Assembly (NCBI GenBank): GCA_051530055.1 | Contig: CM121341.1 | Span: 806,001-870,000 of the forward strand | Length of the DNA stretch: 64,000 nt | DNA from: Neoechinorhynchus agilis | Lineage: Eukaryota > Animalia > Acanthocephala | Direction: 5' to 3' | Shown: positions 61,243 to 64,000 of the stretch, one piece after another | Position numbering within the stretch: position 1 is the first letter of the stretch | Layout: every line of letters begins with the position of its first letter | Translations under genes and position numbers: made by a program | Notes under the pieces: model-generated | What the model saw: only the letters and a program-made list of their open reading frames with translations | What the model was told of the DNA's origin: nothing | Database searches by the model: none

Positions 61243-64000
61243 ATGCATCCACAGCACCAGCAGAGACCATCCCCATCACAGCGAACTCATCGATCGGCGG
61301 AAACTGGTCCATCGAAAATCGTAATCGGCCATCCTATCCATGGTATAAACTACCCTACCTATCGAAAAAATCCACCACAAGTCCCTGATCCGTTTTCTCC
61401 ACTTGGAAGCATACCCAATCGAGCTGGATCAAGTATGGGATGGAGAGCGAGACCTCAAGATCCCATGGTCCAGCACAAAGTAATGATGGATGCCTATGAC
61501 AAGCCTCGAGCATCTAATCAACCGTCTTAGTGAGTTTCCTGTACGAAAAGTTTGTATAGACTTTCTTTTAAGCGGATATAGTTCGCCGCCTACACAACAA
61601 ATTCCTGAAAATGACAACGACAGCCTGGTTGCTGATACCGAAATGGAAACGGGTAAGTATTATATGATTTGGTGCCCATTTCGGTATCCGAATTTAGCCC
61701 TAAAACTTATTCCGATGGAAACAAATTTTATGCTCAATGAAAATAAACAATCTCATAACACGGCCGAATATGAATTGCAGAGTCTTGTTCTAAGACGTGG
61801 ACAACAATTCAAACTCGGGATAAAGTTTGATAAACAGTATGACCCATCAATGCACAAGATATTCCTTCAGTTTACTCTGGGTGAGTTTCAAGACATGTTC
61901 AATCGGTATATGTATTTATAAGATGAACGAAAAATTGGTTAGGAGCTTTATTTTGAATTAAATTGTATAAATACTATCGATTTCCTCAGCAAATTATATG
62001 CTTCTCTCTAAATCGTTTGCCTGCAGTTTACTTTGAGGCCGAACTTTACATCCTTGTAGAGCAATTGCGCGTTTGATTTTCGTTTTGTATTTACCAAATG
62101 GATTTTTAGTGATAAAGCGAACGCTCCAAAATTGAGGTCCTAAGGATCACTCGAATTCCATAGTTCGTCTTGCTTGAAATGGTACGGGCATATGTGAAGC
62201 GCTTTTTTAATAAAAATGTCAACCGATATTTCTTTAAAATTCATTTCTCGTTTCTTTTTAACGTTATTATATCCGTCCCGGCTCCAACGAATTTTTTATC
62301 TCACTTGCTTTCATCGTCGATTAATTGCGCTTTAGGTTCACGCTCACTGATTTCCAAGGGGACGCACATCCGGATTCCAGTTCAAGGAGCAGCGACGATA
62401 ACCCCTGGCTGGTCTGCCAAGATAATGAACTCGAACGACATCGACGATGCCAACTACTTAACCCTAGCGATTGAAAGCCCGCCAGACGCCTTCATTGGCC
62501 GATACAAGGTCAGCGCTTTTCCCAAGGACTCGTTATCGATCATCTATCTGAATAGATGTACATTGAGACGCAAGTTGAAAATTCAAAGCCTTCTTTGTTC
62601 CGTTACACCGACGAGATTCTTTTAATATTTAACCCTTTCATAAAAGAAGATGCCAGTTATATGCAGAACGCTGATGATATCAGCGAGTATTTGCTAAGTG
62701 AGAAAGGAGTGTTTTACGTCGGTACGGAAAATAAAATCACCCCAAAGCACTGGCATCTCGGACAGGTAATAATGCTTTTACTGAGAAACGATAAATCATT
62801 ATTCGAAATGATCAGTTTCAATTTCCATGCATCGAAATAGCTCTCTGGTTGCTGGAAAGAGCAAACCTTCCTTATGAAAGTCGAGGCGATCCAATGCAGG
62901 TGACCAGAGCCCTATCCGCGATGATTAACGGAGGAGATCGTGGGATATTGATGAACGAGAAGTTCGATCCATCTATGCAATCCGGGCCACAGACTGGATT
63001 CCACCCTCATGAATGGGCTGGCAGTGTGAAGATCGTTAAGAAGTTTATGGAACAGCGAGGACAGCCTGTTCGACATGGAAATTGTTATGTATTCGCGGCT
63101 CTTTTATGCACAAGTATATTTCGACTGATTTTTTGTTTTAAATAATCTAACAAATCCCAGTGTGCCGATCAATTGGATTGCCATGTAGGATTGTGACGGG
63201 ATTCCGCGTGGCGCATGACTGTGACATGAACAGTACATTTGATGTTCATTGGGATAAAAACCATCGACCGATTTATCAGCTCAACAAAGATGTAATTTGG
63301 TTTATATTTTCTGTTTCATCAAAACACGAAAAATATCTCATTATTGATTAGGACACATCATTCCTGGAATGAAGTCTGGTTTTATCGAAAGGATATTCCA
63401 GCTGAACTTAATGGATGGGAAGCAGTTGATTCGACGTCAAACGCTGCCAGTGAAAGTGGGTATTTGAAATAGCAGGCGGGTTCGTGTAAATGAGTAATAG
63501 ACGAAAAATTCTATAGGTCTGTACCGCCTTGGACCTTGTCCGGTAAATGCAATAACCAATGGTCGATTGTCAACGATCTACGACTCTCAATACATCTCAT
63601 CATGTCTCAATAATTACATTGTGCATTGGATGGTTGGATCGAGTGGAGAAATGTCTCCCATTGGATTTGAAAAAGACGCATTGGCTCCTTTAATCGTCAC
63701 AAAAGCAATCGGTTCCGAAAATCCGGTCGACATAACGGCCAACTATAAACATCCAGGTGACTAATTGTGGTTCTTTTTAAAACACAAGGCCCATAAAATT
63801 CCTTTTAAGCTGATCCAAATAATGAATGGCCTTCTGCGTTAGCGAGAAGGGCACGAATTGAGGAGATGTGCAGCCCTCTGGTACGGACCGCAGATGATGT
63901 TGAAATCGATGTCATGGTGCCACATGAGACAACGGTGAGATGCTGATTTATTTTAAAGCTAACTTTGATTTAGCTGGGCGATACAATTGTTTTTGCGTGG
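61243..64000 (+). CDS. Transglutaminase-family protein with a Pro-rich N-terminal extension; continues beyond the window
   Basis: HNTAEYELQSLVLRRGQQF; SPPDAFIGRY; LLIFNPF; PHEWAGSV; VRHGNCYVFAALLCT; CRSIGLPCRIVTGF..AHD; HSWNEVW; GWEAVDST; YRLGPCPV; DITANYKHP; at least 10 GT-AG introns. Confidence 0.95.

Overview
AT-rich animal (eukaryotic) genomic DNA with short (about 47-55 nt) GT-AG introns. The first ~36 kb is dominated by decayed retroelements: APE-type LINEs, CRE-clade RLE LINEs, Penelope-like elements, one Ty3/Gypsy remnant, a tRNA-derived SINE family, MITE-like hairpins and two arrays of a ~190-bp satellite. Host genes recognised from the sequence: a type II membrane protein with SEA-like repeats, a 137-aa Pax-like gene (PAI subdomain plus homeodomain, no RED), tRNA-Arg(ACG), a 708-aa LRR protein, SDHD, a GALNT, four intronless genes encoding only the C-terminal PCI/winged-helix part of eIF3e, TAM41 (split by a 537-bp insert with no canonical acceptor), ROMO1 and a transglutaminase that runs off the window end. 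Decayed copies of DARS2, a WD40 gene and an RRM gene are also present. Most notable: the head-to-head and tandem eIF3e-PCI mini-gene cluster with clustered non-synonymous divergence; the RED-less Pax with Thr50; the TAM41 interruption; and 3' splice acceptors directly abutting the start codon of most host genes, which would fit spliced-leader trans-splicing. All identifications are by eye and from recalled family motifs; no database search or folding program was run.
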